Below, one piece after another: positions 25,140-39,404 of a stretch of DNA of 64,000 nt; position 1 is the first letter of the stretch, and each line of letters opens with the position of its first letter. The DNA comes from Mobula hypostoma. Lineage: Eukaryota. The position numbers and the translations under genes were made by a program. Under the pieces are notes generated by a model that had not been told where the DNA came from, ran no database searches, and saw nothing but the letters and a program-made list of their open reading frames with translations. The DNA is taken from the NCBI RefSeq assembly GCF_963921235.1, contig NC_086097.1, positions 194,496,001-194,560,000 on the forward strand, in the 5' to 3' direction.

Positions 25140-26790
25140 CCCAATAACTTGGCCTTCAGAGCTGCTGGTGGCAGTGAATTCCAGATTCACCACCCTTTGC
25201 CAAATGAAATTCCTCATCATCTCTGTTCTAAAAGGATGTGCCATTATTCTGAGGCTGTGCCCTCTAGTCCTAGACTCTTCTGCTACTGGAAACTTCCTCT
25301 CCACTTCCATTCTATCCAGGCCTTTCAATATTTAGTAGGGTTCAAGAGATTACAATCCCACCCTCATCCTTCTAAACTGCATCAAATACAGGCCTGAAGC
25401 CATCAAAAACTCTTCATCATTTAAACCTTGTTCATTCTCCTCTGCTGCTCTGGACTCTAATAAAAAGCCAGCACATCCTGCCTTAGATATGGGGCCCATA
25501 TTGTTCACAATTCTCCAGATGTGCTCTGATCAACTAAAGCCTCAGCTGGCCTCAGCATTATACCTTTGCTTTAACACTTAAGTCCTCTTAAGTACAGTAT
25601 TTGCCTTCCTTTCTACCAACTCAAACTGCAAGTTAACTTGTAGCGAATCCTGCACTTGGACTCCCAAGTCCCTTTGCATCTCCAATTTCTGAGTTCTCTC
25701 CTCATTTAGAACATATTTTATGCCTTTATTCCATCTAACAAAGGTGCATGACCATACACTTCCCTATGCTGTATACCATCTGCCACTTTTTGTACATTCT
25801 CCCAACCTAACCAAGTCCTTCTGCAAACTCCCTACTTCCTCAACAATACCTGCCCCTCCAAGTATCTTTGTATCAATTACAAACTTGGCCACAAAGCCAT
25901 CATTTCCATAATCTAGAACATTAAAATTTAATGTGTGAAGTAGAAGGCCCAACATTGACCACTGTGGAACACTACAGACACTAGCAGCCAACCAGAAAAG
26001 ACCTCCTTTATTCTCAAACTTTGTCTTCTACCAGTCAGCCAATATTCTATCCATGCCTGACCCTTTCCTGTAATATCATGGGCTCCTTTCTTGTTTAGCA
26101 GCCTCATTTATAGCACCTTGTCAAAGGCCTTCTGAAAATCCAAGTAAACAACAACCACTAACTCTTCTTTATCTATCCTGCTTGTTACATCCTTAAGGAA
26201 TTCCAACAGATTTTTCAGGCATGATGTTCTCTTAAGGAAACCAAACTTCTGCCAATTTTATCATGTGCTTCTAAAGACCCTGAAATACCATCCTTAATCA
26301 TCGACTCTAAAAACTTACCAACCACTGAAGTCAGGCCAATCAGCTTAAAATTTCCAATCTTTAGCCTACCCCCTTCTTAAAGAGTGGATATTTGCTATTT
26401 TCCAGTCCTCTGGAACCATTCCTGACTCCAGTGAATCCTGAAAGATTAATATTAATGCCTCCACAATCCTTTCAGCTACCTCTTTCAGAACTGTGGGGTG
26501 AAGTCCATCAAGACAAGATGACGTACTCACCGATCGACCCTTCAGCCTTCCAATCACCTTCTCATCAGTAATAGCAACTACACTGTCTTCTACTCCCTGA
26601 CTCTGTCAAATGTCTGGCATGTGTTGTTAATGTCTTCTATAGTGAAAACTAATACAAAATACTTATTCAGTCTATGCGGCATTTCTTTGCTTCCCATTGG
26701 TACTTCTCCAGTATCATTTTCCAGTGGTCTGATATCCATTTTTGCCTCTCTTTTACTCATAATATATTTGAAGAAGGATCCACCACAACT
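25140..26790 (-). mobile_element. Degraded CR1 ORF2 3' half
   Basis: LHPTVLKEVA, VPEDWKIAN, FVAKFVIDTK, SRTRGHSLR. Confidence 0.8.
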
Positions 26791-27529
26791 TCTTACTACA
26801 AATTTGATTTCATTTTTTTACCAACAGAGGCAACCCATCCCTTCCTGCTCACCTACCTGTCTTTTCAATAAGAAGTGTACTTTTTGATGTGTATCTCCCA
26901 GGCATGATCTTCACTGAACCACGACTCAGTGGTGCCTCCAGTGTCATATCTGCCAATTTCTAACTGCACTATAAGCTCATCCAGCTAGTTTCCTCATATG
27001 TCTGCAACTCTTATACGAGTCATGGTTTCACAGAAAGTCTATCACACAGGAGGATCCCATTTAGCTCGGCCTATTCACATCATTTACCTCCAGGATCGCT
27101 GTGTCACAATGTTAAAAGTACTCTTTAAAACTATGGCAAGAATTTCACAATTTCCATAAATCACAAGCCTCAACAGAATTTTTGCCCAAATATTACTTTG
27201 TATAACGAGTGTTCATTCTGAAACAATTGCTGAAGGACATCCATGTCTGTTTTCTGTGGTGACCTAGATTAGTGATACAGTTGGATGTTACTGTGAAGAA
27301 AGTCACAAGAATCGAACAGCTGTTCTCCTCAATCAGGGCCAAATGAACTTATCATTACTCAAGTCACATAGAAATCCAGTGAAGATTGGATGCTTAGGTA
27401 GTCTCAAAAGAAGTCCAAGATGGATTACCCACTTAGAATTTTTTTTTGATGGCTGCAATCATTTTAGCCTTGTTATTTGAGCTCATTGAGAATGGGTATT
27501 CTCTCTTGATGTGCCAAACCTACAGGATC

Positions 27530-30367
27530 TAGAACACAGAACAGTATAGCCCAGAAACAGGCCCAGTGCTGTGCTTAACCAATTAAATTAGTAATCAAAT
27601 GACCAATGAAACTGATCTTTTCTGCCTACACAACGCCCATAACCATCCATTTTCCTCACTTTCATGTGCCTGTCTAAACGTCTCCTAAAAGTCTCCAATG
27701 TTTCTTCCTCTATTACCACCCCAGCAGTGCATTCCAAGCACTCACCATTCCTTTGTAAAAATCTTGCCCCTCACATCTCCTTTGAAATAACCCTCTCTCA
27801 CCTTAAATGCATGCCCCCTGGTATTGGACATTTCAGCCCTTGGAAAAAGATATTGCCTGTCTCTCATAATCTTTTAATCTTATAAAGCTCTATTGGATCT
27901 CCAGCCAGCCTCAGCTACTCTAGAGAAAACAACACGAGTTTGTCTCACCTCTCGTTATAGCACATGCCCTTTAATCCATGCATCATCTTGGTAAACCTCT
28001 CCTGCACCCTCTATAAAGCGTTGATATTCTTCCTACAATGAGCTGATCAGAAAAGTATGCAATAATCTAGATGTGACTAACTAGAGCTTTTTATAAAGCT
28101 GCAACATAACTTCCTGACTTTTGAACTCAGTGCCTTGACTAATAAAGCATGCCGTTTGCCTTCTTAACCACTCCATCAACCTGTGCAGCGACCTTCTGGG
28201 AGCTATGAACTTGGACCTCAAGATCCCTCTGCTAGTCAACACTGTTAAGATTCTTGCCCTTAACAGTGTATTGTCTCTTTACATTTGACCTACCAAGGTG
28301 CAACACTTCACATTTGGCCTGGTTAAACTCCATCTGCCATTTCTCTGCTCATATCTGCAACTGATCTATATCATGCAGTATTATTTGTCAATCATTTATG
28401 CTATCCTCAACACCACTCACCTTGTATCATCTGCAAACTTACTAAGTGACCCATGTATATTTTCATCCAGATCACTCATGCACATCACAAACAGCTGAGG
28501 TCCAAGTATAGATCCCTGTGAAGCTGAACTAAACACAGTCCTCCAGCTAGAAAAGGCCTCTTCAACTACCATACTCTGTCTTCTATGGGAAAGTGAGTTC
28601 TGAATCCAAACAGCCAATTCACCATTGATCCCATGCATCTTAATCTTCCAGATGAATCTCCCATGAGGACCTTGTCAAAGGCCTTACTAGAATCCATGTA
28701 GAGAACATTCACAGGTCTACATTCATTAATCACCCTTGTCAACTCATCAAGTTACTAAGACACAACTTGCCCTGCACAAAACCATGCTGGCTCTCTCTAA
28801 TTAGGCCATGGTTTTCCAAATGTTCATAAATCCTATCCCCAAGAATTTTCTTCAGTAGAGATCTCTTCAAGTCTTTCCCTACCATCGGTTTATAGTTTCC
28901 AGCATTATCCCTGGTTCCTTTGTTGAATAATGGAACATTAGCTACTTGAAAATCCTCTGTGACTTCATCTGTGGCTAGAGAGGACACAAAGTTATTGGTC
29001 AAAGCCCCAGGAATCTTTTCACTTGCCTCTCCCAATAACCTGACGTATATCCCACCAGGTCCGGGGGACATCCACCTTAATGCTTTGTTAGAGACCCAAC
29101 ACTACCTCCTCCTTTACTTCAAAATGCTGTAGTATATTAGTATGCTCCGCACTTGTCTCCCTATCCTTCACATCCTTCTCCCTGGTAAATACTGATGTAA
29201 AGTCCTGATTAAGAGCCTCATCCACATCCTTCACATCCAAGAAAATGGTCACCCCTTTATCCATGGGTGGTTCCACTCTCTCTCTAGTTTTCCTCTTCCA
29301 CCTGATATATGTATAAAGTGCCTTGGGATGCACCTTCATCCTACTTGCCAAGGACTTTTCAGGAACCCTTCCAGCTTTCCTAATTGCCTTCTCGAGTTCT
29401 TTTCTGTCTTTGTAATTCTCCAGGACTTGGTGTGATTCTAGCTTCTTAAGCTTTACATTCATTTCATTTTCCTCCTTGATTAAATTCATCACCTCCCTCA
29501 ACATTCAAGGTTCTGTTACCTTGTCATCCTTGTCCTTCCTTCTGACTGCAACATTCCTGCTCTTTACACTGTGTAGTTGGTTTTTAAACACCTTCCACAT
29601 GTTGGATGTGGACTTGCCCAAAAGCAGATGTTCCCAATGAACTCTCTCTAGTTCCTGCTCAATGCTCTTATAATATGCCCTTTCCCAGTTGAATACTCTC
29701 CTGCAAGGTCACTGCTTATCCTTATCTATCTTAGAACTTAAGGTAGCTATAAGGAGATGTGGTCACTGTTCCATAATTGATCACTCTCTGAAAGATTGGT
29801 CACCCAGCCCAACACCAGCTCCAGTACAGCTCCTTCTCTTGTTGGACTATCTATATATTGATTTAAGAAACCCTCCAGGATGCTCCTAATAAACTTTACC
29901 CTATCTACACTACTTGCACTAAGAAGGTCCTAGTTTATACAAGTGAAGTTGATGTCTCCCATAACAACAACCCTATTTTTTCACACCTTACTTTAATCTG
30001 GTTGCATATCTGGTCCTCAATGGCCCGGTGGCTATTGTGGATCGGTTGTACAATCCCATCAGAATGATTGCACTCTTTCTATTTTTGAGTTCTACCCATA
30101 TAGTCTCAGTGGACGAGTCTTCCATTCTGTCCCCTCTGAATGCAGCTGTGATATAGTCCCTGATTAGTAGTGCAATTCCCATCCTTTTCTTTTCACTCCC
30201 TCACTATTTTTACTAAAACATCAAAAACCCTGGGACATTAAACTCCCTTTCCTGTTCCTCTCTCAACCAAGTCTCTGTAATAACTACAACATCATATTTC
30301 CATGCAGTGATCCATGTTCTTAAGTTCATCACCTTTACCAATAATGCTCCTAACATTAAAATATACA
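27530..30367 (-). mobile_element. Degraded CR1 ORF2
   Basis: YDVVVITETWL, IWVELKN, SPGPGG, ESQHGFVQGK, QGSILGPQLF, SKFADDT. Confidence 0.85.
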
Positions 30368-30866
30368 TAAGAAGGTTCACCAGATTGATTCCTGGGATGG
30401 CAGGACTTTCATATGAAGAAAGACTGGATGAACTGGGCTTGTACTCGTTGGAATTTAGAAGATTGAGGGGGGATCTGATTGAAACGTATAAAATCCTAAA
30501 GAGATTGGACAGGCTAGATGCAGGAAGATTGTTCCCAATGTTGGGGAAGTCCAGAACGAGGGGCCACAGTTTGAGGATAGAGGGGAAGCCTTTTAGGACC
30601 GAGATTAGGAAAAACTTCTTCACACAGAGAGTGGTGAATCTGTGGAATTCTCTGCCACAGGAAACAGTTGAGGCCAGTTCATTGGCTATATTTAAGAGGG
30701 AGTTAGATATGGCCCTTGTGGCTACGGGGGTCAGGGGGTATGGAGGGAAGGCTGGGGTGGGGTTCTGAGTTGGATGATCAGCCATGATCATAATAAATGG
30801 CGGTGCAGGCTCGAAGGGCCGAATGGCCTACTCCTGCACCTATTTTCTATGTTTCTATGTTTCTAT
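30368..30866 (+). mobile_element. Young CR1 3' end inserted into the older CR1
   Basis: Intact RRFTRLIPGM...RLRGDLIETYKI...TRGH...FFTQRVVNLWNSLP; (TTTCTATG)n tail. Confidence 0.9.
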
Positions 30867-32779
30867 AATTCAAACCATATATTCTAGCACATCTATTATT
30901 TTGCACCTGCCTGTTTTTACTGGCCCTGACAGTACATTCCTCTGCATCTCTCCACTTTCTGACCTGGTGCTCTGGTTCCTATCCCCCTGCCAAACTAGGT
31001 TAAATCGTCCCAAGTAGCACTAACTAACCTTCTGTCCAGGATTTGGTTCCCCTCCCATTTAGATGCACTGAATTTAGATGAAGCAAATTCATTGGCACTG
31101 AATTTTTGCCACATTCCTAAGGAGGAATATATTCAGCCTCACCACTTACACTCAAAGCGATATTCCAGACTGCTACCTGCCCTATCTACCAAAGACTTTG
31201 AGGCTGAATGTTTACACTGGACCCATTTCATTTCTGGTTTGTCTGGATGGCAGTTTGATAGCTGCAGAGTTACTGGTGAGCAGAATTCATTTGCTAATAT
31301 CTGCACAGGCAAAACAGAAGGAATTACATAGCATCAGAACTTGAGATTGTTGCTTTGCAGTTGACAATTGTGTTTTTTGACAGAACATCACTGAGGGAAT
31401 TTGGTTATTGGAATGCATTGTTATTTTAATTTTTTATTCATTTGGTTAAATATACAAGATAAAGTATCATTAAGATCAGAAGAAAAATGTAATAATATAT
31501 TGTATTCATCTGCCTAGACAGATGAGTATTTGCTAGAACCAGAATTTTCCACATCCTCTGCTGAAAGAGGATAAATCTTAAAATGAGATGCTACCATCTG
31601 CTGGTGATTTTTCAGCTAAGCTTCATTATTCACAACAGTCAGGAATGGCTTTGGAACCTATTATGATTGGTATCCTCTGGTTGTTTGTGAAAGAAAAGTT
31701 CTTGCAAAGAGCAGCATGTTGTCTTGATGTTATTTTTACTCAGTGTCTAAATAGACTGAGCAGTGAAGTCTAAACTTTCTATCAAATGTTCTCTTTAGTA
31801 ACTTATCTCAATAAAACGGGGATTTGGCATAGTAACACCTGTAGAAACCATGCCTTAAAGTTCTGGAAGTCTATTTTTAGGCCATTGTGGCCCAAATGAC
31901 TTATTGCAGTCACAGGTATTTAACCCATGATGGGAAAGTGTGCTAAAATGGCAATGTGTAGTGAGCCAACAGTGCAAGTGCTCTGCACTGAAAAATTCCT
32001 TTGAGTATCAGATCCAGTTTGGGTGGAACAGAAAAGGCCTTGTACACCTTGCACAAAACAAGAAGGATTAGGTAGTTTTCTGGTGTGGGCGCATTGATCA
32101 GAGTGTGAAGGATATGTTGGAGGAGTTTAAAATGCCAGGAACTCAGTTTCACCATGATTGTGCTACAAGAGCTGGTGGGAAGAGATTCATGGTGATAGAC
32201 CTTTGGGTGGGGAAAATTGGGTCATGATTGTTTAGTAGAGATAGGTGGTGATTGCAAACAGATTGTTGTACAGTGGTTGGGAATGCAAAATAAATCTGCA
32301 ACATAGAATAATCACAAAATTTAACGGAGAAGAAGTTTGTGAATGGTTCTGATACCAAACATCACAGTTTTAGGGACAGATAACAGGCTGAAGTAGACTA
32401 GAAGTCTCATCTAAGCATCTGAAGGACATGTAGCACCCTAAAACAATTTACTAAATCCCTCTCAGCAGAAATTTTAACATGCACAAAATTCAGAAGTCCA
32501 TGTGTGCTGGAATCGGCCTTGTATTCTTGTGTGTTGTGCATCAAGAGGAGCAACTCAAATGGATTGAAGTCTGGAGGGGTATAGAGGGACATGAGGATTG
32601 AGTCAGGCAATTGGTGGAGTTATGGCTGTCTACAGATGGCCAGTTGGGTCATAAACAGAGCATTTTGTCATTTGCTGATGATAACAGTCAGGAGACTCTC
32701 TGCAAAGGGTATCTAGAGAACATAAAGGAAATCTACCCCCTAATTCTGAACTTCTGAACTTCAAGATCTTAAAGCTAGT

Positions 32780-33552
32780 TAAGCAACACAGACAAAATGC
32801 TGGAGGAACTCAGCAAGCCAGGCAGCATCTATGGAAAAGTGTACAGTCAAAGTTTCAGGGTGAGACCCTTCGGCAGGATTGGAGAAAAAGAAGTTGATTG
32901 GTGAAAGAGAAACAGGGCTGGAGAAGGGGGAGTCTGATAGAAGAGGACAGAAGACCATGAAAGAAAGAAAAGGGGGAAGAGCACCAGAGGAAGGCGATGG
33001 ACTGGCAAGGAGATAAGGTGAGAGAAGCCAAAGGGGATGGGGAATGGTGAAGGAGAGGCGGGTGGCGTTACCATGGCCTTCTCTACTGTCGTGATGAGGC
33101 CACACTTAGTTGGAGGAACAACATTGTATATTACATCTGGGTAGCCTCCAACCTGATGGCATAAACATTGATTTCACAAACTTCTGGTAATGCCCCCCTC
33201 CCCCAACTTCACCATTCCCCATCCCCTTTCCCCTCTCTCACCTTATTTCCTTGCCAGCCCATCACCACCCTCTGGTGCTCCTTCCCCCTTTTCTTTCTTC
33301 CATGGCCTTCTGAGCTCTCCTATCAGACTCCCCCTTCTCCAGCCCTGTAGCTCTTTCACCGATCAACTTCCCAGCTCCTTACTTCATCCCTCCCCTTCCT
33401 GGTTTCACCTTTCACCTTGTGTTTCTCTCTCTCCTCCCCCCACCTTTTAAATCTACTCCTCATCCTTTTATTCTCCAGTCCGGCTGAAGGGTCTTGGCCC
33501 GAAACATCGACTGTACTCTTTTCCATAGATGCTGCCTGGCTTGCTGAGTGCA
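32780..33552. mobile_element. Penelope-derived element with inverted terminal repeats
   Basis: Minus-oriented end at ~32780-33070 joined to a plus-oriented 3' end at ~33075-33552; both carry the gatgctgcctgg terminal motif and a decayed hammerhead core. Confidence 0.75.
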
Positions 33553-35033
33553 AAGAGGTCTCACATGGACTGCAAAGGTTTGCCTCTCCAAGTGTCCTGT
33601 GTTATATCCAGACTAAGCATGGGTACCTAAATTTTGAGAAAGTAATATCCGTGTTAAACACAGCACAGTTATGGTTGATTCAGAAGCAATTATTCAGCTT
33701 TACAAAGCCACACAATATATACTCACATGTACTGATGAATTAATTTTTGATTTGGTTTGGATTTTCATTAAATTCTCTCATGGGATGCACAAACTTATCC
33801 TAAGCAAATAATTTCTAGGTTTTATTAAACAATCAGTGCAAGATAACACTCACTATCAGTGAGAGCTAGCAAGAAAATGCCCATCAGTACGCCATTTCTT
33901 CATGGAAGTGTCCTAAGGTCAGGATTCTTGTGTAAACACAAAAGTATCAAGATTCTGACAATTCCATGCCTGTGATTTCCTGCCTGATCTGGGCATGGAG
34001 TGTACTGCCGAGTGTGAGTGTGAATCCACAGCAGTTTTCTACCATTTCTGCTGAGGAGCCTGCCTGCTGAATCTCTGCAAGTCCAAATGTTCATCCTGTG
34101 GGGAGACAATTTATGCAGTTCATAGTCAAATGTCTTTGAAATATAATTGAGTTTAGTTAAATATTTTAATTGTTTATAATGATTCTGTGAGTTCTAAAAA
34201 TAATTGTTGTTGAATTTATCTTTTTTAAAACTTAGTTCTGAAGAATTTTTAACGGTTCACTCCTACTGTTGTGCAGAATTGTGAACCAAGACTGCCTACA
34301 GAGCACAAACTGGCAACTGTGAATTCACAAAAAGGTATGATCACACTTAGCATTCAGGTCTGCAATGAGGGAAGGCAATGCGCTGTTGCAAGTAATTCAG
34401 GCATGCTATGTAAATTCTTCAGTTGTATAACTCTTCCTGTTATTAAACTGACTTTTATCTTTTTGGTAAGACTATGAAAATCCATCATTTTCAAAAAGAG
34501 GTAGAGGTCAGAAAGTTAGTGGATCTGAAATGTTATCCGACAGTGCAGCTTTTTGAGCACTTTGCAGCAAAAATGTTTTAAAGAACACATTTGTTAAATA
34601 AGATGATGTAACTTTAGGGGTTAACTTTATCAAGGATAAACTTTATTCACGATATACATGTATTAAGAATTTGCTGTGGTGTGTTGGGCAGAATGTGACA
34701 TTCAACAGTTATAAAGAATAGAGAATTATATAAAGATAAAATTAGAAGTTAAAAAATGGATATGGATTAAAATGTGCATAAATAGATAAATACCCAGCAT
34801 GTATTTACAATGTAAACAATATTACAAAAAGTGTTCTAAAGTGGTGCTTGGTTATGGAAAGATACGGGTCTAATACAGGCAGATTTGATTAGTGTAGATA
34901 GACATCAAGGTTGGCAAGGTTGGGGTGGACCAAAAAGAGCATTTTCTCTGGTGTATATTTCTATGATTCTATTTCAATTATTTCTCATATGACCACAAAA
35001 CATTCACAGTTATTCCTTGCACATAGAGAATTT

Positions 35034-35286
35034 TTTTTTGTGTGTGTGCCATACTCTGCCAGAGCTTTGGTGACCACTTTTCAAATGATTGTCTTAGAGG
35101 AAAGATTCTGTGAGTGGTCCCCCACGTCCTTCTTACAGCGCAGTTTTTTTTTATGAGGCCGAGTTGCGAGCTCGACACTCAACCCAGCATGAATGGAAAG
35201 TGTGCCCGGGAGTGGCCTGACTGGGTTCGAACTCGGGAACCTTCGCTCTGGAGTCCGGCGCTGATATCACTGCACCACCAGCTGGC
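35034..35286 (-). mobile_element. tRNA-derived SINE
   Basis: A-box-like TGGTGCAGTGA and B-box GAGTTCGAACC; A-rich tail; 14-bp TSD cacatag(a/g)gaattt at 35020-35033 and 35287-35300. Confidence 0.8.
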
Positions 35287-35558
35287 CACATAGGGAATTT
35301 AGTTACCAATAATTATGGTTTGGTACACCACTGAAAATACAAAGCAATTTTTAAAAAATATCACACCTTCAGGGTCTTCTACAGAAAGAATAATTTGAAA
35401 ACAACTTAAATTCACATAACATTTAACTGATTACCTTGACCTTGGTGGAGAACGCTGTAAACTGTTAGGTTTCTACAGTAGGCCTGTATGACTGATAGCA
35501 CCTTTAGGTCTGTATTAAGCTAAGCATGTGCAGGAATTTCAAGTTTATCTGTCTATGT

Positions 35559-36110
35559 GTCATCATCATCATCATCAGGTGCCGTCCCCAGTTTGAGCTT
35601 TGACTGCCATGGCCCACACACTCCTGTTTCGGGTCAAGTGGATCAATTCATTGGTATTCTCTTCCAGTCCTTTGGCTGCTGTCTCCATCATCATTTGTCT
35701 TTGTCGTCCTCTTGCTTTCTTCCCATCAAACTTTCCCATAATTACCGTGCATTCTAACTCCTCTTTCCTAATCACATGTCCAATGAAGTTACGTTGCCTT
35801 TTCATGATCTCATACATTATTTCTCTTTTTGTGTTTGCTCTGTTCATGACATCCTCGTTAGATATTCGTTTTGTCCATGATATTCTTTGCATCCTCCTCA
35901 AAAACCACATCTCTGCTGCTACAATTCGTTTCCTCATGTTACTGGTTATTGTCCAACATTCTGAGCCATATAACCTTAACTGGATAAACGTAACATTTCA
36001 GTACTCTGAGACGGGTTGTCATGCCTAGTTTAGTATTGGTCAGTATACTCTTCATTGTCATAAAGGTGTCTTTTGCCATCCCTATTCTTCTTTCGATGTC
36101 CATGTCCATG
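35559..36110 (-). mobile_element. RTE-clade LINE 3' end
   Basis: IERRIGMAKDTF, AEMWFLRRMQRISW, FIGHVIRK, GKKARGRQR; (GAT)n tail. Confidence 0.85.
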
Positions 36111-36902
36111 TCTATGTGTAAGGACGCTAAATACCAGTAGTTTGCTATTATTAGAACTACATAATATTTCTCACTCTGTTTCTCCATCCTTCATATCAAA
36201 GTGAATAACCTTAGATCTTTCCATTGAGTATTAACGTCAGTTGTGGAGGGGCTTATTGAGAGAATGAGTCACTTCGCTTTGACAGGTAAAATTTTATTTT
36301 CTGCTCTGATTTTTCCATTAAAACTACACTGTAAGTTATCATCTTTCACACATGATATAAAATAATTAGTCAAAGTGCCAGTACAAAAGGTGAATGTTGA
36401 AAAAATTAATTCAGACCATTTCCTCTGATAGTTTTCAATTTTAATGAAAATCAGCAACAGAACATTGAAATGATGAAATGGTGCAATTGGGTCCCTCCTT
36501 AATCCAGTTCCACTGCAATACTATTTATCATGAAGCCTCCAGTATACTACTTAATGGACTATAAATACAATAGTAAGAATGAGAATGCACAGTGACTTTG
36601 CAAATGCTTTGTTTGACATGATCGTTATATGCAAACAAGTATAATTGGTGGATAGGTGCTGGTGATACCAACTAGTTTATTTAAGAATTACAAAATTTAT
36701 GAATGCTTAAGTTTGGTCAACAAACTGTAGTGTGATTGGTATGTTTCACTTACGAAGGACTTGAACTTCATTATTGTTAGGTTACAAATGTAACTGAAAT
36801 AAGAATATTTCAAACCTAATGGGCCTGAACTCTATTTCTATTTTCCTGTGCATATAAAAGAAATAATGATCAAACTGACCTGACTATAATCTACATAATC
36901 TT

Positions 36903-37497
36903 ACATAAAAGTTGCTGGTGAACGCAGCAGGCCAGGCAGCATCTCTAGGAAGAGGTAGAGTCGACATTTCGGGCTGAGACCCTTTGTCAGGACTAACTGA
37001 AGGAAGAGACAGTAAGAGATTTGAAAGTGGGAAGGGGGAGGGGGAGATCCGAAATGATAGGAGAAGACAGGAGGGGGAGGGATGGAGCCAAGAGCTGGAC
37101 AGGTGATTGGCAAAAGGGATATGAGAGGATCATGGGACAGGAGGCCGAGGGAGAAAGAAAGGTGGGGGGGAAACCCAGAGGATGGGCAAGGGGTATAGTC
37201 AGAGGGACAGAGGGCGAAAAAGGAGAGAGAGAAAAAGAATATGTGTATATAAATAAATAATGGATGGGGTACGAGGGGGAGGTGGGGCATTAGCGGAAGT
37301 TTGAGAAGTCAATGTTCATGCCATCAGGTTGGAGGCTACCCAGACAGAATATAAGGTGTTGTTCCTCCAACCTGAGTGTGGCTTCATCTTTACAGTAGAG
37401 GAGGCCGTGGATAGACATATCAGAATGGGACTGGGATGTGGAATTAAAATGTGTGGCACTGGGAGATCCTGCTTTCTCTGGTAGACAGAGCATAGGT
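36903..37497 (-). mobile_element. Penelope 3' fragment
   Basis: ATHFNSTS...RLEEQHLIFCLGSLQPDGMNIDFSNFR; closely similar to ~60097-60690. Confidence 0.9.
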
Positions 37498-37644
37498 AGC
37501 CCACCTCCCCCTTGCACCCTATCCGTTGTTTATTTTATACTTGTGGTTGCCATTTTTAATCTAGTTTAAGAATTAGAGAGATCAGTAACTTCTTTATTTT
37601 TTAAGTAATTAAATGTACCTTGATTTATAACTTCAATATGACCA

Positions 37645-38210
37645 TCACCTATTCTTATTGATGCACCATTGAAAGCATTCTACCCAGATGCATGACAGCT
37701 TGGCATGGCAACTGCTCTGCTCATGACTACAAGAAACTGCGGAGTTGTGAACACAGCTCAGTACATCAAGGAAACCAGCCTCCCCTCCATTGACTCTGTC
37801 CATAGGTCTCACTGCCTCAGTGAAGCAGTCAGCACAATTTAAGACCCAGCGCATGCTGGACATTCTCTCCTCTCCTCTCTTCCATCGGGCAAAAGATACA
37901 ATAGCCTGAAACACATGCTTCAAGCTCAAGCACAGCTTCTACCTCAATGTAAGAAGCCTATTGAATAGTTCCTTAGTACAATAAGATCTGACAATCTACC
38001 TCATTGTGATCTTTCACCTTATAGTTTTCTCGCACTGCATTTTTTCCTGCAGCTGTTATACTTTATTCTGCTTCTTCTACCTCAATGCACCTTTCTCAAG
38101 AGGGTAACTTGCCTCACATGCAATTTGATCTGTATGAACAGTATGCAAGACAACGTTTTCACTGTATCTTGGTACATGTGACAATAATAAACAAATGTCA
38201 ATTCCAATTT
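37645..38210 (+). mobile_element. Degraded Rex1/Babar-like 3' end, followed by a Penelope end (minus, ~38255-38490)
   Basis: Same 3' ORF and UTR pattern as 6300-6885. Confidence 0.55.
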
Positions 38211-38822
38211 CAGTATATGATTACACATCTTCAAATTTGAAAGAGACAGATATTAGTGTTGTCTGTTTCAGGCTGAAGTCCTTCATCAGGAAAGGAAGGG
38301 GAAGGAAGCCAGAATAAGATGGTGTACAAGCTGGATGGTGATAGGTGATGGTCAAAGTAGGTGGATGAGAGTGGGGGTTGTGAAATGAGAAATTGGGGGG
38401 GTGATAGCTGGAAAAGGTAAAATGGCTGAAGAAGAAATCTGATTGAAGAGGAGAATGGATCATGGGAGAAAGGGAAGGAGGAGGGGTTGGATGAGCACAT
38501 GGTCAAAGATCCAGAGAGCAGCAGAGATCATGGACTCTTGATTGTATTTGGAAATTATTTGATAATCATTGCAACCAGGTTTGTGTATTAAACACAAACA
38601 GTTAGTTTTAATGAAAGCTCACAGCGTGACAGTTAGTGTAATGTTATTACAGTGCCAATAACTCGGCTTCACTTCCATCACTGACTGTAAGGAGTTTGTA
38701 CGTTCCTTGGGTGCTGTCGGTTCCTCCCACAATCCAAAGTGGTATGGGTTAGTAGATTAATCGATCACATGGATGATCACGTGGCGGGCCTGTTACCACG
38801 CTGAATTTCCAAATAAGACAAA

Positions 38823-39400
38823 TAAGTCCCCTGGGAAGACAACATCGATGAAGCCCATGAGCGCAAGTTAACCAAGTATGCAGAATTAAGATCAGAGTGC
38901 AGAGACAGAGGGTGGAAGGTCTCATGCTATCCATTCGAAGTAGGCTGCCGTGGGTTTATTGCGTTCACTCTCCAGAAGTGGCTGCGTGACCTTGGCTTCA
39001 CTAGAAGAGAGATCAAGTCAACCAGCAGGGCAATAGCTGAGGCAGCAGAGAAAGGATCAGCATGGGTGTAGACCAACTATGTCCAGAGGGGCAGATAGTC
39101 AGACAGTGTATACATCTTTTGCAAACCCTTCAGTACTTGCATAGACACCTGAAGAGCAGACTATCTGTTGGATGGAAGTGACCAACAACTCTGATGGAGG
39201 CAGATGCCAAGTTCTTAAGCTCACCAGTGGGAGGTGGTGCTTTAGCACTGCTGGACCACCACCTCGAGGGAGTCTTGATCATAAGCGGGCTGAAACTCCT
39301 GAAGACAGGTAGCAGATCAACTGATGATCCCACTGGTGATAGCACAGGACAGTTAACATCTTAGTCCACGTGCATTTTGTAACTCTTTTGTATTTTGTAA
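38823..39400 (+). mobile_element. Second Hero-clade subfamily, 3' end
   Basis: VPWEDNIDEAHERKLTKYAEL...YPFEVGCRGF...AEAAEKGSAW, homologous to but divergent from the 16.6 and 20.4 kb copies; (TTTTGTAACTC)-like tail. Confidence 0.8.
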
Positions 39401-39404
39401 CTCT

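Noticed and set aside
34277..34334. Possible 58-nt plus-strand exon (gtgcag...AAG|gtatga)
   Set aside because: The peptide is not recognisable and I found no neighbouring exons.
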